From NCBI GenBank assembly GCA_012026655.1, contig JAAILG010001265.1, positions 1 to 64,000 of the forward strand: DNA of 64,000 nucleotides. The letters run 5' to 3'. The notes beneath the pieces are model-generated. The model had not been told where the DNA came from. It made no database searches and worked only from the letters and a program-made list of their open reading frames with translations. The translations under genes and the position numbers were made by a program. The DNA is from Hydrolagus affinis. Taxonomy: Eukaryota. Positions 13,101-23,747 of the stretch are shown here, in pieces. How positions within the stretch are numbered: the stretch's first letter is position 1; each line of letters begins with the position of its first letter.

Positions 13101-16100
13101 ATAAAATTATACTATTCCATCTCGAATTCTCAATTAGATCCAAGCCCATTCATCAATGCCTTTTTGTCGTGAACCCTGCTTTGCAACCTGTGACTCATGT
13201 ATGCTAAATATTGCTTTCTGCATTTCACATTAAGTTATAACTCCATAAATCTCCTTTGTTTATTCACCTTGTCTGTGATAAATTGAAGAACATCTTGGGT
13301 GAAACCACTTGGGAAGGTTGTTAAAGTAAATGCAAAGTACAGAAAGCCATGAAAGCAAATGCAGAGTGCATTGTGAACAGTATGATTTTTTTATGGCTTA
13401 TGATATGTACAATACATTCACGATACTTTAAAAAACTGCAATTGCATAACAAAACTTTGATATTTGCATTATTTACAGTAAAAAGGTTGCTGAATACAAA
13501 TTGTGGGACACTGCTGTGCGCAATTGGCTGCTGTGTTTTGCCCACAAATATACAGTCAATTTGCTTTACAGTATATTCTGTGAAGTGCTTTGAGATGTCT
13601 AGAAGATGTGAAAAGCGCTATAATAAATGCAAGGATTATTATTGTTACAAAGTTTATAATGTTCTCGAGAGTATTTTTCCACCTTTTACCTCACGATAGT
13701 TCCATCACGCAGCTGAAAATAAGTAGAATAATCTTTAATTTCCAGTTGACCAATGCAAACTTCATAAGATCACAAGACAGTTCTAGATGAAGAAGGCCTT
13801 CAACCTATTTGTTCCCATCCTTCCCTTGTGAATTTTCACCATTGTCCTTGTTTGAACTCTGAAGATGTTTTTAGGTTAATTTTATCTCCCAATAGTTTTA
13901 ATGTTAGGATTTTTAAGTGTTCCAGTACATGCCTAAATGGTTTAATTGCAGTTAGGTCTTGGTGTCATTATTCACTCTTACTCATCACTGGTCAGGCTTC
14001 ATAATTGTGTCTCCAATTTAAATTGGAGTTGCCATGAAATTATGGTAGAGTAGACTTGGATTGAATGGCTTGCTGCTGTTTGAGAGAGGTAAATGTTTAC
14101 CACGTGCTTCATTGGAGAATAATAAGCGCAGAACTTGTGCTTAATAGATCAATGCTGAGGAGCGTATATGAATACTGCTGCACTATTTGATGAATAATAT
14201 TATGCAGAGCACTTCAAAGATCTGTTTTTGATGCTCTTGAGTTAGTTAGAGGGTGTGTTCTGCCCAGGACATCATGTTCTCCACCAACAGACCATCTTAA
14301 AAATTATTCCACCCACCAAAGGCAGCCAGTTCCCACAGTGACAGAGCATTAGTCCTTCTAAGGCAAAACACATTTCACATAAAGCTGCAAGGAAAAGAGG
14401 CTGTGGAAAATCCAGATGTTTTAAGAATACCACTAAAACTTGAATTTCATCCCCAAAAATTACCCAACCCAGTTTTCAAAATGGGACGCTACCAACCCTT
14501 GAAATCAAAACGAATTTCCTTTCAGAATCAAGGAAATGTTGTATGCCTAGAATTAAGTAACCCAGAACAGGAAACTTGCTCCACTGCAGGCGAAATGTGA
14601 ATCTTGAGATCTCACGTTCTTGCGTTTCCATGTTTCTGGTCTGAAAGCGGTAAGATAGAAACTCTTTGGACACCTTTAAGAAGCATGAAACCTGATCAGA
14701 TCAACCTGGAGATGAGGAGAGTCCAAAAAAAACTATACTTTAATATGAGGTACAGTACTTTGTATCTTGTCAGTTTTCTTACCAAGCAATAACATTTGAA
14801 GGTGCTAATTTTGCACTGCTGTGCCAACTCAGCAGGTCATATTTGACCAGGAAGATTAGATGCCTTGTTTTCTGATGTAATGTAGTTTTCAAAACATGGA
14901 GATTACCAAAACATGGATCGTGGCATTTTGAACGTCTAAAACAAACTCGCACAGGAAAAGTTGCATTTTTACTGAGCTGGTTGATGTATCTTTAAAAATG
15001 CAAAAACTTTGCAGCAAAGTACTGTATTACAAATGTAGGGGTTGCAGCACGTTCCTGGAACTATTTATGTCACCAATTTCTTGAGAATGCTGGAATTCCT
15101 TCCCTGAAAATTAAATTAGCTCTGAGCACAGCAGCCAATTTGCACACAGGAATGTGCCCATTAACAGCCAAGGAGTGAATCGCCAATTTTATCTGATTAA
15201 TTGTTGGCCAGGACCCTGGGAGACAATTCCCTACTATAGTGTTGGGTTATTTCTGCAATGTGCTTTGCAAAAATCTACCTTGGATGCAGGACTCAGCACT
15301 AAATTAAAGATTACACTTAACATATAGTGTGTCAGGATTTTATCATTTTGACATGATACAAAAAGATGTCTTCCCAGGGCCATCCCTGCTTCTTAAATAT
15401 AAATTATCATTCACTAAACAACTAATTTCAACATTTTGTTCCTCTGATTGAGATGTCATATATTCAATACTGCGCTTATACTGTTTGTACTGTTTTGTGA
15501 GAATTCTTCCTTGGGTGAAATAAACAAGACATAGTGATCATAAATGCATATCAAAATCTTTGAAGGGATATGTAATCTATGACTGTTATTCTCTCACACC
15601 TGTGACATCAACATATTCTTGGTTATGCAAATTAATGCCTTTTCATATTTTGGCTGATCTGTGTAGTATTTTACAAGTCATTTTTAGTCAATTTTTGGGC
15701 ACCATCTACTGGTCATAAAGAGTCCATTTGCTACAAAGATGCTGTATACATGTTCCACTGCAAGAGGCACTAGTTTCAAATCTGAATGAATGCAAAACAT
15801 GTCAGGCAATTTATCTCCTTCACCTTGCTTATCATTGGTATGTCCTATGGGCCCACAGAAAAATGTTCTGGCAATGTCAGAACCACATCACAGCCCTGAA
15901 ATTAGGCTTCAATATCGCATGCACCTCAAACAGCAATTCAACAGCAGTAGAAAACAAGGGTGCATGCAGGCAGTGCAGTGTAAGTAAAAGTTGGTTATTG
16001 ATGGAAACTAATGGACTGGGGAACAAACATAATTAAAGCAACACAGGTGGCAATTAAGAAGAAATGTACACAATTTCAAAATCCACCAATAAAGCTTGTT

Positions 16101-19100
16101 AGCATTCCAGAGTCTGCACTCTAGGGTAGGTTGCTAATAATTAATAAATATTAGTACCTCTAAAATGAATCAGCCAATCGCTAAGAAAAGTATCTTTTCA
16201 AATTATTTTGAGGGTGAATCAGATATGTTTTATACAAGAATCTCAGCCCAGGGGAATTTGCCTACCATAAACTGTTCCTATTCTTCTGCAAAATGCCATA
16301 CTAATGGAGTGTTGGCATGTTCATTTGTTTAACTTCCATATAAAAATTAACGATCTGTTTTCTAAAAGGGGCTAATTTTTTGTCAAGTTCCAAAACTTCA
16401 ACTTGGCAAGTGTGGTGTGTGATTCCCATTCCTGTACTACATACAATATGGCCTTTTCTGAATTCACACCTCATTTATTTTCTCTCGTCAGCTCATTTTG
16501 TATGAACTTAAATTGAGAAATTTAGATTATCATTTCGCCAATTAAATTCATCAGACAGAAATTGGTGCAGATTAGTATGATCATGTGTACCAGATGAATT
16601 AGGAACAATGTAGATGATATATAAAATCAGCAAGAAGTGCTGCCAAAGTTCAGTATTAGAATCCTGGAAAATCTTGCATTTTAAGCATGCCTAGTTTGAA
16701 ATTTCCCAATTTTCTTTTTAAAAACATTAGTGAATGATCAAAGCAATCCCGTTTTAGCTCTAAAGATGACTCATTCTACTTTACATGGAAGCCAGTGAAG
16801 CTATGCTGATTGTACCTGTTTGGCTCCTTCCTTCCAATTTTCACACCTTCTTTCCAGCAGGGCTAACTCATGATGGGGTATAATTCTATAGGCGGTAGCC
16901 ATTTTCTAGTACATTGCCTAATTGGCTATTTTTCATATGTGAGTTAGTATTGTCCTTTAGAAACTGAGAAATGCTTCTTGTAAAGGGGAGCACTGTAATT
17001 TTGTGTATTAACTGTCATGGTTACTCCATGCATTGAGGGAACTTTTAATATATAAGCTGCCTCTCATCTCACTCTAGAGATGACTTGTTGCCTTGAAAAC
17101 TTCTAAATGGGGATTTTTAGTCTGCAGACAACTTATTGTGTCAGTGAGTCATTGAACTGAATTTGTATGTGGATATGAATTTGTAGCTATGTGATCTGAT
17201 TACATCAAAAGGTATCTGGATTAAAACTATGGATTAAAAATCTGCTCTTGTTACACTCTCGCACAGTGGGCTTTTGCTGTAAAACATTTGATCATGACTA
17301 TTGTATAGCTATAATGTGAAGAATTTAGTTAATTTACTTGGAGTAAAGTAACATGGACAGATACCAGTTCCTCTGCAGTACTTTATATGAGCGAAAACTG
17401 TAAATGGCATTAGGCGATTTGATCCGGTGGGTGGTGGGGGAGACAATATGAGGTAGCCATTTACCTCACCAGGGCTTTGCCAACTTTGGATTTGGCAGCC
17501 GTAATACAATCTTGCATATTTGACCTCAATCTGATTGGATTCAAAATGAGAACTAAAACTCTTTCGGATAATTTATTTCAGAGCATTTGCTGTATCAAGT
17601 CATGACGACTTTACTGGTGTAATTGTTCAAGGATAGATACAGGTCTGGTGGTTCTGTTACATTATTGACTTGTGAACATTCAACGTCAAGTTAAAATAAC
17701 TACATCTTTAAGCTTTTACCAGTAATTCTAAGCTACTATATAAAATAAATTGATTATTTTGAGGAATTGTATTCAATCCCATTTAATCTCAGTCATTTTC
17801 CATACAACTTTTGTGTTACTCTTCACATTACATTGTACAGTATAATATCAGTATGTGCAAGATAGAAATCAACAGGGATGGATGTGTCTTGCAGGACTTG
17901 ACCTGGAATTAATTGTATCAACCACCTCCATTTTAGCCTTGACCTGAGTAGCTCATGTAACCATATTCAGATTCTTTTATTTTTCGCTTGGATAAGTCTG
18001 ATTTTTAGATCATATTTTTAAGAGGACTTCTGACTCCTAATAGTACAAAATACATACCCTACAGACTTTTTTTCTAAACACTTTGTCTAAATGAAGCAGA
18101 AGAGAAATGTGTACAACTAAAAGATGTGTTGGAGCCTGGATTTTTTTCTGTCAACCTAGTGTTATTATTATTAGCTCTCTGGGACACAATATTGATAACC
18201 AATGATATTTCCCATAATTCTGATTCTTGATTTTTATTTTGGGCAGCTGCTACTACTGCGGAATCAAAGGAAAATGTTTTACCTGAAAGAATTATAGAAG
18301 TAGGAACCCCTTATAAATCTTTCCGACGAAAGCTGGAGAAATCACGAATAACTTGTAGTGATCAACCTAATCGAAGTGCTGCAAAGACCTACTTCTCCTG
18401 CCTTGCTCAACTGGATGATAGCCTCTCAAATGAAGAAGTAACTTTTCAGTGTACACCAGAGATCTGCAAGTTGCAGACTGTGCAATGTCCTTCTTCACTG
18501 ACTGCCTCAAAACCACATTCCCAAATGACAAAGTGTCACCGAGTGGAGGAGGAAGGTAATTTGAGTGACATGGAGAACTCTACTTCCAGAACGAGCGGGA
18601 ATCTAATGAATGTTACATACAACTTGACAGCAGGATGTAATCGAGCTGTCATGGACACAACAGTGACTCTGAACCCAGCTGTGAATAATCCCGACGATGG
18701 CAAGCCTGTTGATGTATCACACGAGCATTCCAGGCCCCAAGGAAGCTTTCTGCAAAGGTTTGTTTTACAGCCTCATTAACCTTTTGGTTCAAATTTGCCA
18801 ACATCCCTGTTTTGCATAGAATACCCTCAACGCTCTGGTTTTGTTCAGTTAAGCATGTAAGATGTCCACTGTGGTGTCCCCATAATTTATTTTAGCTTAA
18901 AGAATAGTTTAAACTTTTCACCTTAAAGTTGCCATTAAATCAAATTGTACATTCAATATGTAGTGGCCCTGATACCCCAGTTCTGTTGCAATGAACAAAT
19001 TTAAAGTGAGACACACCATGATCCATCCTTTGTTAAGATGTAGAATGGAGTGTTAGCTTTTCAGAATTATCTTTACATTCTTCAACTGCATGAAGCCAAC

Positions 19101-22100
19101 AAGTTCATCATCTTGATCTCATGGATGCATTTTGCAACCTAAACACTGTCATAAGAAGGATGCCACCAGTGATACTGAAGTTCATGTTTATTGTGCATGA
19201 CATATAAATATTGGTCCTGATTCCTTAGGTAATATTGCTAGAAAAAAGCCCATGCAATACCTGGCATCTTGTTGCAAAAAGCCATTTTCAAATACTCAGC
19301 TATTGCTACCAGGGCCTTTCCCTTTGAGAAGTTTCATGTGTAACACAGTGTCCATCTCCTTCTCAACTAATTGAATAATATGCTGCTAATGGAACAGTAA
19401 TAATGAAGATCTCAAATATGAAACAGTAAGTAGACTAGGATTGTCACTGAAAAATTAATAGTACTTGTCTGACACATGGAAACTCATCACCTTGTAGACC
19501 CGCCCAGCTAAGAATCAAACTTACAAAGACCATCACCACCACTGAGGCTGACTTGATTCCTACATTCTGCTCTGTTGCTTAGCATGTCATGTTGGGAGCC
19601 AGCTCAGCTCCCATCGTGTTCCTCTTCCCTCCCCCTAGAGAACAGTCACTAGGTCATTTGACATTCGAGAACCATAGTTTCTCTAAAGCTACATGGGTTT
19701 AGCAGGGTTGTTTTTTTTTCAATTAAGATGATAAATTGGATTCTATCTTGGCTTTTCTTGCTTCCTGCTTTGCATCATGTTTGTGGTTTGTTAGCTCTGG
19801 AACCTTAATTGTTTAATGGTCCACTTCATAAACTTTCATCATACAATAAATAATTAAATAGCCCTGGGGTCTACAAACGATGATGTTTATTGCTTAACGG
19901 TAAGTTTTTATGTATACAATTGGTTTGTCAAAATACTGTGGAACCTTTCATATTTTGTATGGTTATTTTTGTCATAGGTTGGGTTTCCCGTCATTGCTAA
20001 ATAAGAGCACAGCACTCAGCAAACCATCGTACATGGGTTTGACTTCAGCTGCTATACGAAAAAGGAAATCTGGGAGGTAGGCAACGGGATGACTTGAAAT
20101 CACTCATATTTGATGCTTGTTTTTTTTAATGCACCTAAAATCCTGGCACAAGGGATGCTGTTAACTTTTTTTTAAATGTGCTGCAAAATATGTTTCAGTA
20201 AAATTGTAAGTATTTTTCAATCCGATTTTTTTTAAAAAAAAGTGATTTGATGTTAATTGTCCATGATTTTGAATCCATATCAGGTGTTTGATTTTTCTTT
20301 AAATTGTAATCTACTATTCATTTCAATCATATGGATTTGAATGCCAAAGTCTCTTATTCCTCAAGTTTTCAATGCTTTCTGTCCATGTTGCAAAGGTGTG
20401 ACCTGGTTGTTACCCTATGGATATAGTGGAACAAATCCCTGTTTGGGGACATGTCCAGTTCTTTTAGAGGAAGGCAAAGGATTGGTGCTTTATCGGCAGA
20501 TGAAAATGCATTTGGCCTCTTTGCACACTGGCTGCAATTATTTTGCATAAACTGTTTTCTACTAGGAAGAAAATATTGCAGAAAATATGCATCACATTGG
20601 CTAGATGTTTTTACAGTAAATGAGCTTTGGAAATCTTTGAGATGGGAGCCAAGAGAGCTGCCCATAGTATTGTGTGTGGAGGGGGGTGGGGTGAGAATCT
20701 CTGGCTTCCCACCAGAATTGCAGAAAAAACTGACCAAATGCCTTTTTCAAACAGCATATTACAGTAGAAGCCCATTTATCCGGCATCCTCGGGACCTGGC
20801 CAATGCCGGTTAAAGCATCTGTCGGATATTCCAACACTTTTTTTTTATTTTATAAAAAAAATATTTTTTAAAACATAGCATATTAATAATAGACTAAATA
20901 ATCATTTATATGATAATATATAAATAATAATTATAATCGTTTTACACACAGCAACCAGGCAGTTCAGAGAGATCTTTAAACTAGTGCAAACGTTACACGT
21001 CTGAATGACACTGTTCTCATTGGGGGCAGAAGAGAGGAAAGCTTGTGTTATTGAGAAAGCAGAGAGTGAGAGGCGGCCGCTCAGTTCAGTTAACTTTCTT
21101 TCCAAAAAGCCTTGCGATGTCTATCTGTGAGCTAACTTGAAACACTGCACTCTGTAAAATGAGCATTGCAGGGATGAGTCTTTTTTATTAAAATAAAAGC
21201 CAATGAATTGATCTGCAAGCTTTGCTCAGGGTGGGTGTGTATTTTGCTATTTTGTGGCTAAATTAAATCTAAATTAATCAACTTACCCTGCTCTGCCTCT
21301 CAAAGAGTAAACTCCGGAGAGTGCATTTCTTTACAGTACAGCCACCATCAGGCACCTAGTAGCAGCATTCCAAAATACTGATGCAACACAAAACACCAAA
21401 AAATGCATTTTTCTGGATAAATTCCGGTTTATCGAATGTGGAATTTTTTTTGCGGTGCTGGTTATACGGAAGTTACGGTTGATCTGGTCACGGATAAACA
21501 GGCTTCTACTGCATTTAGAATCCAGTAAAAGAAACCTAAATAGCTTTCAAAATCACTAATAAAACCTTTGAAGAATTGGTATGACCTTACAAATCTTTTC
21601 GGAAGATACAGTGACAAACTATGTGGAGCTCCTTTGGCTCAATGGTTAGAGCACTTGTCTTGCAAGCTGGGGAGACCTGTGTTCGAATCCAGGCAGGTCA
21701 GGGCGAAACCTTGGGCAAGTTTTCTTACTCCACACGCCTAATAATAATCCCTCCAAAAAAACCACAATAATAAAATTAGTCATTTCAATCCACAACTGTG
21801 TGTGGGACGCTGCTGTGCGCAATTGGCTGCCGCGATTCGCCCACAAATATATAGTCAATTCACTTTACAGTATATTCTGTGAAGCGCTTTGGGACATTGA
21901 TAAGATGTGGAAAACGCTATATCAAATGCAAGGATTATTATTATAAACTAGGCCCTTCTCAGCCAAAAAACCATTGGGATTTTAGACCCAGAGAGAATGA
22001 AAACAAGACCTTTTCACAGCAGTTGAAGGACGATTCTCCCAAGTGCACCCGATGCATCATTTTTTTGTGGGGAGAGAGCATGGAAGATTCCAGCGATTTA

Positions 22101-23582
22101 GAGATTGAAAATCCATCACAGAATAAATACCAAATCATGGGCAGATAAAAGAATGTTTCCTAAATTTGATTTGAAACATTTTTATTCCCCATGGATAATA
22201 TGTTTAGAATTAAATGATGAATGTAGAGGGATGCTTGCATTGACATTTAATGTACCATTAAGTACAGTTAGTCTTAGTGTTGGGAAGGAATAACATTTTA
22301 GTTGTAGGAATTAGAGATGCAGTTTCTAACCACTGCATTAAAGTAGAAAAGGTATAAAACGATGCCACACTTTGACCAACTCGCTTCCTACCTTCGATAT
22401 TCACAAAGGAAGGTTGCTATAGCAACACCATTATAAAGATGGGGGTTCCCAGTGTTCATAGCACTGGAAAAGCCTGTGGGGTATTCAGTGTGCCAGCTAA
22501 GCAGATATTTGTCACTAATTTGACTGACGAAACGACTGATGCAAAGGATGGATTTGATATTCTAAAAAAAAATTAGGTCCTTGTTTTTGGTTTCATCAAT
22601 TATGATCCCATCTTGTAAGGTTGCCTAGACTTCTAGTCCTTTACCAAGAAAAACTGCCCATAGTTATTGTTAATTTCTGATTTCTAACCAGTTGAAATTT
22701 CTACAAGATTCCTGTGGATTCTGGTTTAATTAGTTTTCTTTGAGAAAATCCAACTAAACTACATCACAGGACGTGTCATTAACTAATCTCCTCAAACAAG
22801 TCAGAAAGTGATTAAGTGATTGCTGCACAATGTCCCTCGAACCTATTCATTAGAATGGATACCTTTGAGTACATGTTGTTGATCCAGTTATTTAGATTAA
22901 CATACATTGGTGATATTGGTACTAGCCATCATTTCTATATCCTCATACAGTTTCAAAGCTCCAAGAAACAACAGTTTTGCAGCAAAGCGCATTCGACAAG
23001 ATATACAAACCATTGAAGAAAATGTACCCTTGCGTGTACCAAGATTGCCAGGTAACTGCAACAATGGATACTAGTTGTTCTATTTTTATTTTGTTTTTCG
23101 GAAAATACTAAATTCCTGTATGGACTAAAGGTTCACCTCTACCAACAAACATCTGCAAGCTGTTACATAATGCAATTTAAAACTGGTGTATATCCCCAGA
23201 TATCATTTTAAATAATGAACCATACAATTTGATCAGTGCTAATTTTTCTAGAGTACAGAAAACATTCTCTTTTCTGTAAACATTTTCTTTTGACTTTGTT
23301 CTGGAGTACTTCTATTTTTATCATTTTAAAAACCAGTGTGCATTCTAGATCCAAAGTCTAAAAACTCTTGTTAGTGGATCTAGTTATTATCGGACAATGG
23401 TTGAAAGAAAATGTGTCGAATCGGATTTGTCCAATTACTAAATCAACATTATAATATTTACAGGGGGATCACAGTACCAGAGAAGAGAATTTCTAGCCAG
23501 AAGGTGTGTTACAAAGGGAGATCTCAACACTATATCAACAAACAAAGATCAAGCAAAACGTGTGAAAACTAGACCACGATAA
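4004..23582 (+). CDS. KIF18A: Kinesin-8 KIF18A, 5'-partial spliced CDS: join(4004-4180,4542-4616,4848-4963,7569-7731,8702-8866,9761-9882,10668-10909,11421-11510,18247-18757,19978-20076,22951-23051,23464-23582)
   Basis: All introns are GT-AG with consistent phases; 1980 nt in total, ending in TAA at 23580-23582. The translation has the motor end ([27 protein letters not shown]...[10 protein letters not shown]) and segments I recall from KIF18A rather than KIF18B ([47 protein letters not shown]). Confidence 0.93.
4542..4616 (+). CDS. KIF18A: KIF18A exon, neck ([25 protein letters not shown])
   Basis: tatatccccag acceptor, gttaag donor, 75 nt; kinesin-8 neck sequence LKSNV. Confidence 0.95.
4848..4963 (+). 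CDS. KIF18A: KIF18A exon ([12 protein letters not shown]...QQAEIER)
   Basis: tgttttgcag acceptor, gtaaat donor, 116 nt, phase 0-2. Confidence 0.93.
7312..7519 (+). mobile_element. MITE, Tc1/mariner superfamily (pogo/Tigger-like), copy 1, 208 bp
   Basis: TIRs CAGTAAAAGCCTGTTTATCCGG...CCGGATAAACTGGCTTTTACTG; TA on both sides (7310-11, 7520-21). Confidence 0.9.
7569..7731 (+). CDS. KIF18A: KIF18A exon, coiled coil ([16 protein letters not shown]...CSEQITQK)
   Basis: tgtttttaag acceptor, gtgaga donor, 163 nt, phase 2-0. Confidence 0.94.
8135..8177. repeat. Perfect 17-bp inverted repeat with 9-nt spacer
   Basis: CACAAAGCACTAACCCA-agggaaaga-TGGGTTAGTGCTTTGTG. Confidence 0.95.
8702..8866 (+). CDS. 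KIF18A: KIF18A exon ([12 protein letters not shown]...[25 protein letters not shown])
   Basis: gatatttag acceptor, gtaaga donor, 165 nt, phase 0-0; absent from the ORF track. Confidence 0.93.
8885..9010 (+). mobile_element. CR1-clade LINE 3' tail
   Basis: GGGAGTGGGATT...CACAGACACGATGGGCTGAATGGCCTC...GTGCTGTATGATTCTA; similar tails at about 27245-27360, 29860-29975, 33165-33310. Confidence 0.75.
9250..9650 (+). mobile_element. L2-clade LINE 3' fragment
   Basis: C-rich decayed ORF2 end (APPLWSSIP, cf. APxLWNSLP) and tail GGCGCTATACAAATGTAA...TTGTTGCTG. Confidence 0.7.
9761..9882 (+). CDS. KIF18A: KIF18A exon ([40 protein letters not shown])
   Basis: gattaatag acceptor, gtaagc donor, 122 nt, phase 0-2; DLHCxHL motif. 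Confidence 0.93.
10074..10280 (-). mobile_element. MITE, same family, copy 2, 207 bp, inverted relative to copy 1
   Basis: Same TIRs and TA flanks; its reverse complement aligns end to end with 7312-7519. Confidence 0.9.
10300..10580 (+). mobile_element. CR1-clade LINE 3' fragment (end of ORF2 plus 3' UTR)
   Basis: CAGAAAGTTGTGGGAATGTGGAACTTGCTACCA encodes [11 protein letters not shown], like the CR1 RVVxxWNxLP motif; followed by a CR1-type tail. Confidence 0.75.
10668..10909 (+). CDS. KIF18A: KIF18A exon ([13 protein letters not shown]...KGVVWAD...QDIPC)
   Basis: tcatttacag acceptor, gtacgt donor, 242 nt, phase 2-1. Confidence 0.93.
11421..11510 (+). CDS. KIF18A: Probable extra symmetric KIF18A exon ([30 protein letters not shown])
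   Basis: Long T-rich tract ending atatttag, AAG|gtaggt donor, 90 nt, phase 1-1, open in the KIF18A frame. I recall no counterpart in human KIF18A. Confidence 0.7.
13501..13645 (+). mobile_element. 5'-truncated SINE (core plus tail)
   Basis: TTGTGGGACACTGCTGTGCGCAATTGGCTG...AAATGCAAGGATTATTATT. Further tail or partial copies at about 12505-12566(+), 24420-24530(+), 28070-28140(+), 32443-32552(-), 36575-36655(-), 37650-37812(+), 38185-38272(-), 40745-40885(-), 49235-49332(+), 53203-53272(-). Confidence 0.85.
18247..18757 (+). CDS. KIF18A: KIF18A large tail exon ([12 protein letters not shown]...FRRKL...QLDDSLS...TPEIC...SFLQR)
   Basis: tttttattttgggcag acceptor, gtttgt donor, 511 nt open, phase 1-2. 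Confidence 0.92.
19978..20076 (+). CDS. KIF18A: KIF18A exon with NLS-like basic patch ([32 protein letters not shown])
   Basis: tttttgtcatag acceptor, gtaggc donor, 99 nt, phase 2-2. Confidence 0.94.
20762..21511 (+). mobile_element. Longer (750 bp) non-autonomous member of the same MITE family, copy 3
   Basis: TIRs CAGTAGAAGCCCATTTATCCGG...CGGATAAACAGGCTTCTACTG; shares the left ~70 bp and right ~125 bp with the short copies; right TA appears mutated to CA. Confidence 0.85.
21622..21944 (+). mobile_element. Full-length tRNA-derived SINE (Deu-type core, L2-type tail, (TTA)n end)
   Basis: A box TGGCTCAATGG, B box GTTCGAATCC, core GCTGTGCGCAATTGGCTGCCGCG, tail CGCTATATCAAATGCAAGGATTATTATT; possible AAACTA target-site duplication. 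Confidence 0.9.
22951..23051 (+). CDS. KIF18A: KIF18A penultimate exon ([34 protein letters not shown])
   Basis: cctcatacag acceptor, gtaact donor, 101 nt, phase 2-1. Confidence 0.92.
23464..23582 (+). CDS. KIF18A: KIF18A last coding exon ([39 protein letters not shown])
   Basis: atatttacag acceptor, phase 1, TAA at 23580-23582; RRCVTKGDL resembles the human end as recalled (RNISKGNLR). Confidence 0.85.
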
Positions 23583-23590
23583 AAGAGCCG

Positions 23591-23747
23591 AAATTGGCTA
23601 CAAACTTCTGCAGTTGCAAACACTTTATTGCTTTGCCCACAACACACATATTCGCTACACTTTACAGTGAGTGTATCTTGTGAAGCGCTTTGAGACGTCT
23701 CAAAAACATGATCAGGCACTATATCAAATACAAGGACTAGTATTACT
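23591..23747 (+). mobile_element. Diverged SINE core and tail at the start of the KIF18A 3' UTR
   Basis: AAATTGGCT...TTTGCCCACA...GTGAAGCGCTTTGAGACGTCT...CACTATATCAAATACAAGGA, starting about 10 nt after the stop codon. Confidence 0.75.

Noticed and set aside
21625-21700. tRNA-like sequence with A and B boxes
   Set aside because: It is the SINE head: no proper acceptor stem, and it runs on into the SINE body and tail.
4004-23582. Alternative identification as KIF18B or KIF19
   Set aside because: Stalk and tail motifs (DLHCxHL, VVWAD, PSYM...KRK, KRIRQD, KGxL) fit KIF18A as I recall it.
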